A stretch of DNA of 48,672 nucleotides from the NCBI GenBank assembly GCA_046538485.1, contig JBKHIT010000035.1, positions 1 to 48,672 on the forward strand, in the 5' to 3' direction. The notes below the pieces were generated by a model that saw only the letters and a program-made list of their open reading frames with translations, was not told the DNA's origin and searched no databases. Source of the stretch: Candidatus Brocadiia bacterium. Its GTDB lineage: Bacteria > Planctomycetota > Brocadiia > SM23-32. Below are positions 1 to 9,969 of the stretch, piece after piece. The translations under genes were made by a program, and so were the position numbers. Positions within the stretch are counted from its first letter, which is position 1. Each line of letters starts with the position of its first letter.

Positions 1-54
1 GTTTTTCTACTTAAATCGAAGAGGCAACTGTCCAATTCACGCTGAACCAGTACA
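1..54. mobile_element. IS3-family-like terminal sequence; the element continues left of the window
   Basis: Reverse complement reads TGTACTGGTTCAGCGTGAATTGGACAGTT, resembling IS3/IS150-type ends. 47/54 identical to 18991-19044. It cuts off an MFS reading frame. Confidence 0.6.
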
Positions 55-287
55 ATAATCCTCACTTTGCCGTATTTATCCCCCAGAGGGCCAAAAATAA
101 CTGTAAATAATCCAAAGGGAATCATATAGGCCACTACTACCATAGCGGCTGTGCCTATATCCAGACCAAACTCCTGAGCTATATCTACCAGCATAGGAGA
201 GGCCGCATAATTATCCCCCATTACCCAAAAACCCATAGCTCCCAGCAATAAAACAACTTTACTTGCATTATTTGTTTTTTTTTCCAT
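55..287 (-). pseudogene. MFS transporter N-terminal fragment truncated by the IS-like end
   Basis: Manual translation MEKKTNNASKVVLLLGAMGFWVMGDNYAASPMLVDIAQEFGLDIGTAAMVVVAYMIPFGLFTVIFGPLGDKYGKVRII ends in MFS motif A (GxLxDKxG). AGGAGG RBS upstream. AT-rich. The frame runs into the IS-like end. Confidence 0.8.
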
Positions 288-387
288 AGATAAACCTCCT
301 CATATTTAATTGTTAATTTCTCAATACACTTAATTCCTGGTATTTCATATGATGTCTGTCTTTCTCTTTTCCTTCACTTTCTGTGTC

Positions 388-1608
388 CTACTCCGCCCGC
401 AACGCCTCGGTGGGTTCCAGGCCCGCCGCGCGAAGTGCAGGGTAGAGTCCGAAGATGATGCCAAGCGCCGCGGAGAAGCTGAAAGCGACCACGATCGCCG
501 GCCACGAAATGACGGCGTTCCATTGGCCGAACGCCGAGGCCGCCCAGGCGCCACCGACCCCGATCAGGACGCCGGCCAGACCACCGGTCCCCGCCAGAAG
601 GCCGGACTCGAACAGGAACTGGTTGCGGATATCCCGGCGCATCGCTCCGACGGCCCGCCGCAGGCCTATCTCGCGCGTTCGCTCGCGGACCGAGACCAAC
701 ATAACCGCCAGGATCCCGATGCCACCGACCAGCAAGGAGATGCCTGCCACACTGCCCACAAGCCGGGTCATGGCCCTCGATGTCTCCTGCTGGGTTTCCA
801 GCAGTTCGGACTGGTTCTGTACCGTAAAATCATCCGGCTGGCCCTCCTTCAGGCGATGCTGCTCGCGTAAAACAGGGCGGATCTGGTTCTCTGCTTCCTC
901 AAGTTTATCCTCGCTCATCGCCTGAACGTATATGCTGTCAAGATGCGACACGTTGAACAGACGCCTCATGGCCGTCTGCAGTGGTACTATTACAATATCG
1001 TCCTGATCCTGACCGTCGGCATCCATTCCCTTCGGAGCGGTGACACCGATCACCTCGAAGGGCACACGGTCAATACGCAACCGGGCGCCGAGCGGATCGC
1101 CATCGCCGAAAACATCCTCGACAACGGTAGGGCCGATCACCGCAACCCGCCGGCGCGCCCTGTCTTCGCTTTCATCGAAAGGTCGCCCACGGGCCACGCT
1201 GTAATTTCGAATATACAATCCCTGCTGCTCCATCCCCACTACTTCAGTTTTACGCTCTTCCCCGCCCCAGCGGACCTTCATATTCTTGTTTGCCGCTGCC
1301 GCAGTGTTTGCCACCGCCGGGCAGCGCCGGCGTATGGCTTCGGCATTCTTGGCTTTCAGGGTCGTTACCTGCTCCATCTGCCGCCTGCGGCCGGCAATGA
1401 TGCGGGTCTGGCCGGCATTCACCACAATCAAATTGGTTCCCATGTTCTTTATCCGCGTAATGATCTCTTCCTCCGCACCGCGTCCGAGGGAAACGATGAG
1501 GATCACTGCGGCCACGCCGATCACGATGCCAATCGTACTGAGGAGTGTCCGCAGCTTATGGGCCGCCAGAATTTCGCAGGACAGTATAATGTTGCGCGAC
1601 AGTTTCAT
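388..1608 (-). CDS. MacB/FtsX-type ABC transporter permease
   Basis: HKLRTLLSTIGIVIGVAAV TM1, a large periplasmic domain, and VRERTREIGLRRAVGA. ATG at 1608 overlaps the upstream stop (ATGA). Confidence 0.92.
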   Translation of the reverse strand: MKLSRNIILSCEILAAHKLRTLLSTIGIVIGVAAVILIVSLGRGAEEEIITRIKNMGTNLIVVNAGQTRIIAGRRRQMEQVTTLKAKNAEAIRRRCPAVANTAAAANKNMKVRWGGEERKTEVVGMEQQGLYIRNYSVARGRPFDESEDRARRRVAVIGPTVVEDVFGDGDPLGARLRIDRVPFEVIGVTAPKGMDADGQDQDDIVIVPLQTAMRRLFNVSHLDSIYVQAMSEDKLEEAENQIRPVLREQHRLKEGQPDDFTVQNQSELLETQQETSRAMTRLVGSVAGISLLVGGIGILAVMLVSVRERTREIGLRRAVGAMRRDIRNQFLFESGLLAGTGGLAGVLIGVGGAWAASAFGQWNAVISWPAIVVAFSFSAALGIIFGLYPALRAAGLEPTEALRAE

Positions 1609-2813
1609 CGTAACGCTTCCACCGGATTGAGCCGGGCGGCGCGGCGGGCGGGTTGCACCCCGAAGACTACGCCGACCAGCAGGGCGAAGGTAAGGCCGAG
1701 CACAAACGGCTCCCAGGAGATAGCCACGGGAAGATCGTTGACCATGGGGAGCACCATGCATGCGATCCATCCGATACCGGCTCCAGCGATCATTCCAAGC
1801 AGGGTGACGCAGAGCGACTCGGCCAGGAACTGCACGAATATATCATCCTCACTTGCTCCCAGCGCACGCCTCAGCCCGATCTCGCTCGTGCGTTCGGTAA
1901 CCGATATAAGCAGGATGTTCATAAGCACCACTCCTCCCACCAACAGGCTGAGCCCTGCCAGTGCGACCAGCAGCAGGGTAAGGGTACGGGAGGTTCCACG
2001 GGCCATCTCGTAAATTTTTTCGGAGCTGACGATGCTAAAATCATCCTCCTCGGCCGGCCCAATACGATGCCGCTCCCTCATCAGTTCTTTTATTTCCTGC
2101 GTCTTCCGGGGTATCTCATCGGCACTGTTGGCCAGAATACGGATATATCCCAGGTGATCCACGTTGAGTATGCGTCGCATGGCCGTGGTACGGGGAACGA
2201 TTATACGGTTGTCGAAGTCACCGCCCATGGGGGTGGTACCCCGCTCCTCAAGGATACCTTTCACCTCGAGGCTGACGTTGCTCACGTAGATGCGTTCACC
2301 CACGGCAGGGTCATCTCCGAAAAGTTCCTCCTTTGTGCTCCGGCCCAGTAGGCAAACACGCGCCATCGTTGCGATGTCATTGGCGGTGATGCCCTCCCCT
2401 TCTGCCGCGTACCATTCCCAGGCGCGATGCCAGGAGGGTTCAGCGCCGAACAGCGAGGCGCGCTGGGTGCGCCCGTCCCGGCGGAGGTTCATCTGACCTT
2501 TCCTTGCGGTGGGAGAAACGACCTCGAGTCCATCAATCTGCTCACGGATCGCCTCTGCATCGCTGAGTTTCAGGGTGGTAACGCTTATATCAGGGCCGGG
2601 AGCGCCGCCGGGGCCACCACTTGTCAGCATTATCGCGCGCGGCCCAAACTTCTCCACCCGACGCATTACCTTCTCCTCCGTGCCGGCTCCTATGGCCATA
2701 ATGATGGTCAGTGCTGCTATCCCCACCATCGTGCCGGCCATCATGAAAAAAGTCCGCAGTTTGTTCGCACCCAATGCGCGCAGTCCTTCTCCGGCGAGCC
2801 GAAATATCCTCAT
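1605..2813 (-). CDS. MacB/FtsX-type ABC transporter permease
   Basis: NKLRTFFMMAG TM1, VTERTSEIGLRRALGA, and a PARRAARLNPVEALR C-terminus. Confidence 0.92.
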   Translation of the reverse strand: MRIFRLAGEGLRALGANKLRTFFMMAGTMVGIAALTIIMAIGAGTEEKVMRRVEKFGPRAIMLTSGGPGGAPGPDISVTTLKLSDAEAIREQIDGLEVVSPTARKGQMNLRRDGRTQRASLFGAEPSWHRAWEWYAAEGEGITANDIATMARVCLLGRSTKEELFGDDPAVGERIYVSNVSLEVKGILEERGTTPMGGDFDNRIIVPRTTAMRRILNVDHLGYIRILANSADEIPRKTQEIKELMRERHRIGPAEEDDFSIVSSEKIYEMARGTSRTLTLLLVALAGLSLLVGGVVLMNILLISVTERTSEIGLRRALGASEDDIFVQFLAESLCVTLLGMIAGAGIGWIACMVLPMVNDLPVAISWEPFVLGLTFALLVGVVFGVQPARRAARLNPVEALR

Positions 2814-3454
2814 TCTGCCACCTCCTTTGCCTGGGTCTTTTCCAATTCCCGACCCGCATCACGCCGCTGTTCAACGGCATGATCACCGACGATTCTGCCG
2901 TCTTCCAGTTCAATCACCCTTTCTGCATGTTCGGCGACTTCTTTGCTGTGTGTTACCACGATCAAAGTTCGTTCTCCGGCATGGAGTTTCTGAAACACGC
3001 GGAGTATCTCAAGTTCACTCCGGCTGTCAAGATTCCCCGAAGGCTCATCCGCCAGTATCACATCGGGATAGGTGACCAGGGCCCGCGCTATAGCGACTCG
3101 CTGTTGTTGTCCCCCCGAGAGCTCATTGGGGCGATAGCTGACGCGGTCCTGCAGTCCGACCTCCGTCAGCGCCTGTTCGGCCCGCTCTGTGGCGTCGTCC
3201 GGATAGCGCTGCGCATAAATCAGGGGCAGCATTACGTTTTGCGCCGCCGTCGTCCGCTCCAGAAGGTGAAAAGTCTGGAAAACGAAGCCGATTTTTTCAT
3301 TTCGCACATGGGACAGACCTTCGTCGTCAAGGCTGATCATATCCGTTCCCTCCAGCCGGTAATGCCCTTGTGTGGGCTTATCGAGGCAGCCCAGGATGTT
3401 CATCAGCGTGGACTTACCCGTTCCGCTGGCTCCCATAATAGCCACGTATTCGCC
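2632..3454. repeat. ~820 bp near-identical repeat (ATPase core plus permease 5' end); partner at 6063-6885
   Basis: Direct comparison shows near identity with scattered substitutions. A third partial copy lies at ~4716-5028. Confidence 0.9.
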
Positions 3455-3544
3455 GTCCTGGATGCTGAACGAAACTCTTTTGAGCACCTGTGTGGCAACT
3501 GCCCCACTGTTATATATCTTTTCAAGTTCAGTCAATTCTATCAA
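2810..3544 (-). CDS. MacB/LolD-type ABC ATP-binding protein (copy 2)
   Basis: Walker [18 protein letters not shown] signature, ILADEP Walker B, VTH switch. Likely TTG start at 3544 after AGGCGG; alternative ATG at 3577. Confidence 0.92.
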   Translation of the reverse strand: MIELTELEKIYNSGAVATQVLKRVSFSIQDGEYVAIMGASGTGKSTLMNILGCLDKPTQGHYRLEGTDMISLDDEGLSHVRNEKIGFVFQTFHLLERTTAAQNVMLPLIYAQRYPDDATERAEQALTEVGLQDRVSYRPNELSGGQQQRVAIARALVTYPDVILADEPSGNLDSRSELEILRVFQKLHAGERTLIVVTHSKEVAEHAERVIELEDGRIVGDHAVEQRRDAGRELEKTQAKEVAE

Positions 3545-3583
3545 TGTTGTTCCGCCTAAAGTATTGATGTAACCCATGCCAGC

Positions 3584-4792
3584 CTATCCTCGCAACGCTC
3601 TAACGGGTTCTGTTCTTGCCGCTTTTTTGGCAGGGTAGAATCCAAAAGCCAGGGCGATAACGCCGCAAAACAGTGTGGCCAGGATGAATGGTTGCCAGGT
3701 GATTTTGATGGGCATCACTTGCGCAACAGAAAGAGCCGTGGCAATACCCATGCCCAATACGATCCCGGCTAATTCTGCGGTAAAAGCGATCAAAAGAGTT
3801 TCAACGATAAACTGCATGGCGATATCGAGTTTGCGAGCACCTACTGCCCGACGGAGGCCAATCTCCTTCGTCCTTTCAGATACGGACATGAGCATGAGAT
3901 TCATAATCACGACGCCACCTACCAGCATGGAGATTGCGGAAATTGCCACAAGTAAGACAATGAGGGTTGTGGAAGTTCCTGAGGCCGTCTCTATTAACTC
4001 CTCAGGTTCTCGAATGGAAAAGTCGTCTTCAACGCCGGCTCGAATTCCATGCCGGTTTCGAAGCAACGCGCGTGTCTCTTCGGCGACTCTATGAATATCC
4101 CCCACGTCCCGGACCTGGACTACGATTTGGTCCAAATACGTCCGGCCAAAAAGCCTCTTGGAGGCCGTGGTGAGTGGAATTACGATTCTGTCATCTCTGT
4201 CTTTTCCGCTCGCAGAAGCCCCCTTTCTTATGAGAACGCCCTTTATGGTGAAGGAGTCATTGCCGACGCGAATAGTTTGTCCGAGGGGATCAGCATCGCC
4301 GAACAGCGTATTCTTGACCGTCTGCCCGAGGAGACAGACCCTCTTTGAAAGCGACAGATCTTCATTGGTTATGAATTCCCCGCTGACAGCGTCAAACCGC
4401 CTTACATCTGCCCAAGCCGGGGTAACGCCAAATACCATTGTTGAGAGGGAGGTCCCCAAATATTCGATCCTCTGACCTCTCTGATTCTGAACCGGAGCAA
4501 CTTGTTTCACATTTCCCACGGAAGTCTCAATGGCCTGGGCATCGTCCTCGACTAGAGAAACTAATGAGCGGTCACCGCCCCGGCCGCCGCTTTCCTCCGG
4601 GCGGATCATCAACGTATCAAGGCCATGACGGGCTACCAGGGCCATGACCTTATCTCGCGTCCCCTGACCCGCGCATATTACGACTGTTAGGGAGGCAACA
4701 CCGACGATGATGCCCGCCATCATGAAAAACGTCCGCAGTTTGTTCGCACCCAATGCGCGCAGTCCTTCTCCGGCGAGTCGAAATATCCTCAT
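3584..4792 (-). CDS. MacB/FtsX-type ABC transporter permease (divergent body)
   Basis: First 27 residues match two sibling permeases, then the sequence diverges. Contains VSERTKEIGLRRAVGA. Confidence 0.92.
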   Translation of the reverse strand: MRIFRLAGEGLRALGANKLRTFFMMAGIIVGVASLTVVICAGQGTRDKVMALVARHGLDTLMIRPEESGGRGGDRSLVSLVEDDAQAIETSVGNVKQVAPVQNQRGQRIEYLGTSLSTMVFGVTPAWADVRRFDAVSGEFITNEDLSLSKRVCLLGQTVKNTLFGDADPLGQTIRVGNDSFTIKGVLIRKGASASGKDRDDRIVIPLTTASKRLFGRTYLDQIVVQVRDVGDIHRVAEETRALLRNRHGIRAGVEDDFSIREPEELIETASGTSTTLIVLLVAISAISMLVGGVVIMNLMLMSVSERTKEIGLRRAVGARKLDIAMQFIVETLLIAFTAELAGIVLGMGIATALSVAQVMPIKITWQPFILATLFCGVIALAFGFYPAKKAARTEPVRALRG

Positions 4793-5028
4793 TTTGCCAC
4801 CTCCTTTGCCTGCGTCTGTTCCAGTTCCTGGCTCGCATCACGCCGCTGTTCAACGGCATGATCACCGACGATTCTACCGTCTTCCAGTTCAATCACCCTT
4901 TCTGCGTGTTCGGCGACCTCTTTGCTGTGTGTTACCACGATCAAAGTTCGTCCTCCGGCATGGAGTTTCTGAAACACGCGGAGTATCTCAAGTTCACTCT
5001 GGCTGTCAAGATTCCCCGAAGGTTCATC
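4789..5028 (-). pseudogene. C-terminal fragment of the ABC ATPase (from Walker B DEPSGN to the end)
   Basis: [26 protein letters not shown]...AKEVAK is nearly identical to the end of 6241-6984. No Walker A and no credible in-frame start. Confidence 0.88.
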
Positions 5029-6244
5029 GTAAGGCTTCCACCGGATTGAGCCGGGCGGCGCGCCGGGCGGGTTGCACCCCGAAGACCACCCCGACCAGCA
5101 GGGCAAAGATAAGGCCGAGCACAAACGGCTCCCACGTGATAGCCACGGGAAGACCGCTGACCATCGGGAGCACCATGCACGCCATCCACCCGATACCGGC
5201 TCCAACGATCATTCCAAACAGGGTAACACAGAGCGACTCGGCCAGGAACTGCACGAATATATCATCCTCACTTGCTCCCAGGGCGCGCCTCAGGCCGATC
5301 TCGTTCGTGCGTTCGGTAACCGATATAAGCAGGATGTTCATAAGAACCACCCCGCCCACCAACAGGCTGAGTCCTGCCAGCGCCACCAGCAGTATGGAGA
5401 GAGTCCTCGAAGTGCCGGCGACCAGCTTTCGAATATTTTCAGCCGAAACCACCCGGAAATCGTCATCTTCTGCCGGGCCGATTCGATGCCTGCGACGCAT
5501 AATCTCTTTGACCCTCTGGACAACCTGCCACGGTCCTTTATCCTGGGCAATCGCTTCCTGGCTTACTATTACCCGAATAGCCGCCAGGTAGTCCACATTC
5601 ATGATTCGGCGCATGGCGGTAGTGATTGGGACCACCACACGGTTGTCGAAATCTCCGCCCCCAGGGGTGTTGCCCCGTTTCTGGAGGATTCCCTTCACCT
5701 CCAGCCGCACTTTAGCAACATACACATATTTCCCGAGAGGGTTTTCACCTCCGAACAGTTCGCTGGCGGTTGACTGTCCCAAGAGACAGACGCGCCTTTT
5801 CATGTCCACATCAGCGGCAGACAGAGGATCTCCAGAGGCCGTCTGCCATTGAAACACCTCATGCCAATTGGTATCCATCCCCCACAACTGTCCCCGGTAT
5901 TGGCGTCTGCGATGCTTAACGGTCATTCGTTTATGACCAGCCATCGGAGATACAGCCTCAACGCCGTCCACCTCTCGGAGGGCTTGCGCATCTTTTAAAT
6001 TGAGCGTCGTCACAGACAGGTCAGGGGGAGGTAAAGGTTTGCCCCCCCCTGCAAAGACCATAATCGCGCGCGGCCCAAACTTCTCCACCCGACGCATTAC
6101 TTTCTCCTCCGTGCCGGCTCCTATGGCCATAATGATGGTCAGTGCTGCTATCCCCACCATCGTGCCGGCCATCATGAAAAAAGTCCGCAGTTTGTTCGCA
6201 CCCAATGCGCGCAGTCCTTCTCCGGCGAGTCGAAATATCCTCAT
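5024..6244 (-). CDS. MacB/FtsX-type ABC transporter permease
   Basis: N- and C-termini nearly identical to 1605-2813, with a different periplasmic domain. Confidence 0.92.
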   Translation of the reverse strand: MRIFRLAGEGLRALGANKLRTFFMMAGTMVGIAALTIIMAIGAGTEEKVMRRVEKFGPRAIMVFAGGGKPLPPPDLSVTTLNLKDAQALREVDGVEAVSPMAGHKRMTVKHRRRQYRGQLWGMDTNWHEVFQWQTASGDPLSAADVDMKRRVCLLGQSTASELFGGENPLGKYVYVAKVRLEVKGILQKRGNTPGGGDFDNRVVVPITTAMRRIMNVDYLAAIRVIVSQEAIAQDKGPWQVVQRVKEIMRRRHRIGPAEDDDFRVVSAENIRKLVAGTSRTLSILLVALAGLSLLVGGVVLMNILLISVTERTNEIGLRRALGASEDDIFVQFLAESLCVTLFGMIVGAGIGWMACMVLPMVSGLPVAITWEPFVLGLIFALLVGVVFGVQPARRAARLNPVEALR

Positions 6245-6885
6245 TTTGCCACCTCCTTTGCCTGCGTCTGTTCCAGTTCCTGGCTCGCATCACGCCGCTG
6301 TTCAACGGCATGATCACCGACGATTCTACCGTCTTCCAGTTCAATCACCCTTTCTGCGTGTTCGGCAACCTTTTTGCTGTGTGTTACCACGATCAGAGTT
6401 CGTCCTCCGGCATGAAGTTTTTGGAACACGCGGAGTATTTCAAGTTCACTCTGGCTGTCAAGATTCCCCGAAGGTTCATCCGCCAGAATTACATCGGGAT
6501 CAGTGACCAGGGCCCGCGCTATAGCGACTCGCTGTTGTTGTCCCCCCGAGAGCTCATTGGGGCGATAGCTGACGCGGTCCTGCAGTCCGACCTCCGTCAG
6601 CGCCTGTTCGGCCCGCTCTGTGGCGTCGTCCGGATAGCGCTGCGCATAAATCAGGGGCAGCATTACGTTTTGCGCCGCCGTCGTCCGCTCCAGAAGGTGA
6701 AAAGTCTGGAAAACGAAGCCGATTTTTTCATTTCGCACATGGGACAGACCTTCGTCGTCAAGGCTGATCATATCCGTTCCCTCCAGCCGGTAATGCCCTT
6801 GTGTGGGCTTATCGAGGCAGCCCAGGATGTTCATCAGCGTGGACTTACCCGTTCCGCTGGCCCCCATAATAGCCACGTATTCGCC
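6063..6885. repeat. ~820 bp near-identical repeat; partner at 2632-3454
   Basis: Direct sequence comparison. Confidence 0.9.
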
Positions 6886-6984
6886 TGCCTCGATAGAGAA
6901 AGTTACATCCTTGAGCACGGGAGTTGTCATCTCCCCGCTACCGTAAGTTTTGTAAACCTCTTCAATATTAATCATATGCAGCAC
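6241..6984 (-). CDS. MacB/LolD-type ABC ATP-binding protein (copy 1)
   Basis: [23 protein letters not shown] and VTH motifs. Confidence 0.93.
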   Translation of the reverse strand: MLHMINIEEVYKTYGSGEMTTPVLKDVTFSIEAGEYVAIMGASGTGKSTLMNILGCLDKPTQGHYRLEGTDMISLDDEGLSHVRNEKIGFVFQTFHLLERTTAAQNVMLPLIYAQRYPDDATERAEQALTEVGLQDRVSYRPNELSGGQQQRVAIARALVTDPDVILADEPSGNLDSQSELEILRVFQKLHAGGRTLIVVTHSKKVAEHAERVIELEDGRIVGDHAVEQRRDASQELEQTQAKEVAK

Positions 6985-6995
6985 TCCTTCTGTTT

Positions 6996-8216
6996 TTAAT
7001 TGGGGGGAAGCTCAAGGAGGACCTCCTCGCCCTCTCTGAGGCCATTCAGTATCTCGATGTCGCCGTCCTGCCGCTCGCCGGTCTCCACCGTTCTTTTCTG
7101 CGGGGTCTTTCCGTCCATCACGTAGACAATCTGCTGTCCCTCCTCCCGGTGAACGGCGGATGCGGCCACTGAAAGCACATCTTCCCTGGTTTGCTGAAAG
7201 ATCGTAACATTGGTTGTCATCTGAGGGCGCAGCAGGCCGGCGTAGTCGTCCTCGATCTCAATCACCACGTCGTAATAGACCACATTGTCCTGAATAACGG
7301 CGTCGGGATAGATAGCGCGGACGTAACCGTCGAAGGTGCGATCAGGGAAAGCGTCCACAGAGAAATGTGCTTCCTGTCCAACTTTAATCTTTCCGATATC
7401 GACCTCATCGACGAAGGCGTCCACTTCCAGCCGTTCCAGATCGATGATCTCCACGAATGTAGGAGCGCTCAGTCCGGCGGCCACCGTTTCTCCCTCCTGG
7501 GTGGTGACGGTCCCGATAACGCCCGATATTGGTGCCGTAATGGTGGCGTAACGCAGTCTGGCTTCGGCATTGGCCACAGCAGCTTCCACGCGTCTCACCT
7601 CAGCCCGGTCCTGTTTGAGTTCCTCTTCGTAACTGCTGTGGGCGAGCTTGAGCGTCTTTTGGGCGGCAGACAGTTGGGCTTCGGCCACGCGCAACTGTTC
7701 CTCGGCACGATCGACCTCCTCCTCGGAGGTAAAATCCTTCGAAACCAGTTGTTTCTGCCTCTCCAGATGACGTTCTGCCTGATGGAGTGTGGCTTCCATG
7801 CGGTCAACCTCCGATTCTGCCTTCTCTATCTCAATGGGACCGAGTCTATCGGTGGCGGCAAGTTTTGCCCGGCCCTTCTCAAGTTCAGCCTCGTTCTGTT
7901 TTACCACGGACTTCTGTTCATCCCGTTCGAGCAGGGCTATAGTCTCGCCTTTCTTCACCTCGTCTCCTATATTGGCGTAGAGTTTCTCCACCTTGCCCGA
8001 TATGCGGGCACCCACCTTGACCTTTGCCCCGACCTTGGGGTTTACCTCGCCCGTGGCCAGCACCGTGTTCGAGAAATCGCTCCGGGACACCCTGGCCGTT
8101 GGCAACTCGCCCGAACCGCTCCCGGTCCGACGCATAGACGAAATGGAGACGATCACCCCGCCCCCCACTATGAGCAGAGCTATACCAATCAAAAGTTTTT
8201 TTCCTGTACCTTTCAT
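6996..8216 (-). CDS. MacA-like periplasmic adaptor (membrane fusion protein)
   Basis: N-terminal TM, lipoyl half-motifs VGARISGKVEKL and ITAPISGVI, a coiled-coil hairpin, and a GLREGEEV C-terminus. Confidence 0.92.
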   Translation of the reverse strand: MKGTGKKLLIGIALLIVGGGVIVSISSMRRTGSGSGELPTARVSRSDFSNTVLATGEVNPKVGAKVKVGARISGKVEKLYANIGDEVKKGETIALLERDEQKSVVKQNEAELEKGRAKLAATDRLGPIEIEKAESEVDRMEATLHQAERHLERQKQLVSKDFTSEEEVDRAEEQLRVAEAQLSAAQKTLKLAHSSYEEELKQDRAEVRRVEAAVANAEARLRYATITAPISGVIGTVTTQEGETVAAGLSAPTFVEIIDLERLEVDAFVDEVDIGKIKVGQEAHFSVDAFPDRTFDGYVRAIYPDAVIQDNVVYYDVVIEIEDDYAGLLRPQMTTNVTIFQQTREDVLSVAASAVHREEGQQIVYVMDGKTPQKRTVETGERQDGDIEILNGLREGEEVLLELPPN

Positions 8217-8316
8217 GTATTCACTTCTTCCGTTTTATTTTTCGTTCAATACCTGACTCCGCATCTGCCGGTGCTTTCGGGCCGCGTTCCTCAGAACTCA
8301 AAACTCAAAACTTCAA

Positions 8317-9762
8317 TCACCGATCACCCGCAATACTCCGTCCGACCGCGCGTTCCAGGCGGGCCAGCGCCACATACCAGTCAAGGCGGGCCTGCACGAG
8401 CTGGTTGCGGGCGGCCGTATGCGCCGTTTCGGCATCGATCAGCTCGATGATGGTGCCCGTGCCTGCCCTGTATTCTCCGCGGGCCACCTCCAGGCTCTCC
8501 TCCGCGCTGGCTACCAGCGCCTGTGCCGCCTCTATGGCCTCGTCCGCCTCCTGGACCCGCGCGTAAGCCGTCCATACCTCCAGTGCGACCCCGCGGAGGG
8601 CATCCTCGTAATCGGAGACCGCCTTCCGAAGCTCTTCCTCCCTGCGTCGGATACGGTAGGATCGCTCGAAACCGGTGAACAGGGGGAGGCTCAGCCCCAG
8701 TCCCACCGACCACTCCTCTTCGTTCGGTGCGAAGTGTTCATCCCTCCATCCGTAATCCGCGCTGGCGGACAGTTTGGGCCAGTATCCCGCCCGGGCGGCC
8801 TTCAGAGCGCTCTGGTTCTTCTGCACGTCGGCGAGGGCTGCCTGCAGCTCCGGACGCTGTCCCGCCGCTTCCGTCAGAAGTTTTTCAACCGCTGCCATCT
8901 CGCGTTGCCGCGTTTTTTCCGGTACATCCTCTACCCGAAGCGGGGCCGATACCTCAAGGTTCATCACGCTGGCCAGTTCCCCCCGTGCCACTCTCACTTG
9001 ACTTTTGGCTCGAACAAGCTGCAGACGCGCGTCGGCCAGTTCGGTCTCCGCTTTCAACACGTCCGCCCGGGATACGACGCCGGCCTCCTTTCGGGCGCGG
9101 GCCAGTTCGACGTGCCGCTGTCTCTGATGCAAAGATTCTTCCTCCACCTTCACCTTCCACCGGGCGGCCAACAATTTGTGGTAGGCTTCCTCGACTTCGA
9201 GCGCGATCTTCTGGAGGGAGGCATTGTGACGGAAATTGGCCGCGTGGAGACGGGCCTTCGCCCCACTCACCCCGGCCGCGCGCCGACCACCGTCGAAGAG
9301 CAGATATCGTACGCCAAAAGCCGCGTCATACGTCGTGGTCGGTCCTGTCTGGCTGCTCGTGGACGATGTAATGTCCGCCCGGTCGGACCGGGTGACGCCG
9401 GATGTGAAATCCGCCTGAGGGAGATAATCCGCTTTTTCCCCCCCGACCTCCGCGGCGGCGGCCCGGGCAGCACGCCAGGCACTGTGGGTGCGGGGGTTGT
9501 TCTCCAGCGCCACGACCATACATTCGGCCAGGTCAAGGGGTTCCTTCCCCACCTTTGCGGCCGCCGCGGATCCCTCCATAGCTTCTCTGGCCGGAGCAAG
9601 GATATCTTTTTCGGGGCGGTACTCGCGGGAGGACCCATCGGACACCATCCGGCGCTGGCCCCAGGGGTCACTCCCGGCGCATCCCATCAGAAGTAATCCG
9701 AGGGCGATGGCACCATCGAGCGTCAATATTCGGAGAATATGTAAACGAAAAAGCTTCAGCAT
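8317..9762 (-). CDS. TolC-family outer membrane efflux protein, probable lipoprotein
   Basis: OEP repeats (ALENNP...YLPQ...LFDGG; YWPKL...PLFTGF) and lipobox-like LLMGC. Start moved to the ATG at 9762. Confidence 0.9.
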   Translation of the reverse strand: MLKLFRLHILRILTLDGAIALGLLLMGCAGSDPWGQRRMVSDGSSREYRPEKDILAPAREAMEGSAAAAKVGKEPLDLAECMVVALENNPRTHSAWRAARAAAAEVGGEKADYLPQADFTSGVTRSDRADITSSTSSQTGPTTTYDAAFGVRYLLFDGGRRAAGVSGAKARLHAANFRHNASLQKIALEVEEAYHKLLAARWKVKVEEESLHQRQRHVELARARKEAGVVSRADVLKAETELADARLQLVRAKSQVRVARGELASVMNLEVSAPLRVEDVPEKTRQREMAAVEKLLTEAAGQRPELQAALADVQKNQSALKAARAGYWPKLSASADYGWRDEHFAPNEEEWSVGLGLSLPLFTGFERSYRIRRREEELRKAVSDYEDALRGVALEVWTAYARVQEADEAIEAAQALVASAEESLEVARGEYRAGTGTIIELIDAETAHTAARNQLVQARLDWYVALARLERAVGRSIAGDR

Positions 9763-9969
9763 CAGGTGATTTCCTTCTGTGCAGGTTTGAGGGGGTTTTA
9801 ATTTGCGGGGGGTTTTCGCCCGCAAATCGATTTGAAAACGGCATCCTGGGGTTGTTTGCTCCATTTTGCGTCCTTTTTGGGCTTTGAAATTCCATTCGGG
9901 CCTTCCCGAAACGACCCACCGCACGCGGCCGCCGCGCCGCGGGCGGCGCAGTTGCGGCGGTGAAAAGCT

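Noticed and set aside
4789..5205. 138-aa intact gene
   Set aside because: Its N-terminal part is an alternate frame of the permease. Only the DEPSGN-onward part is ATPase-derived.
388..6984. Diversity-generating retroelement or invertase shufflon as the cause of the repeats
   Set aside because: No reverse transcriptase or recombinase in the window, the repeats are direct, and the differences are not obviously adenine-specific.
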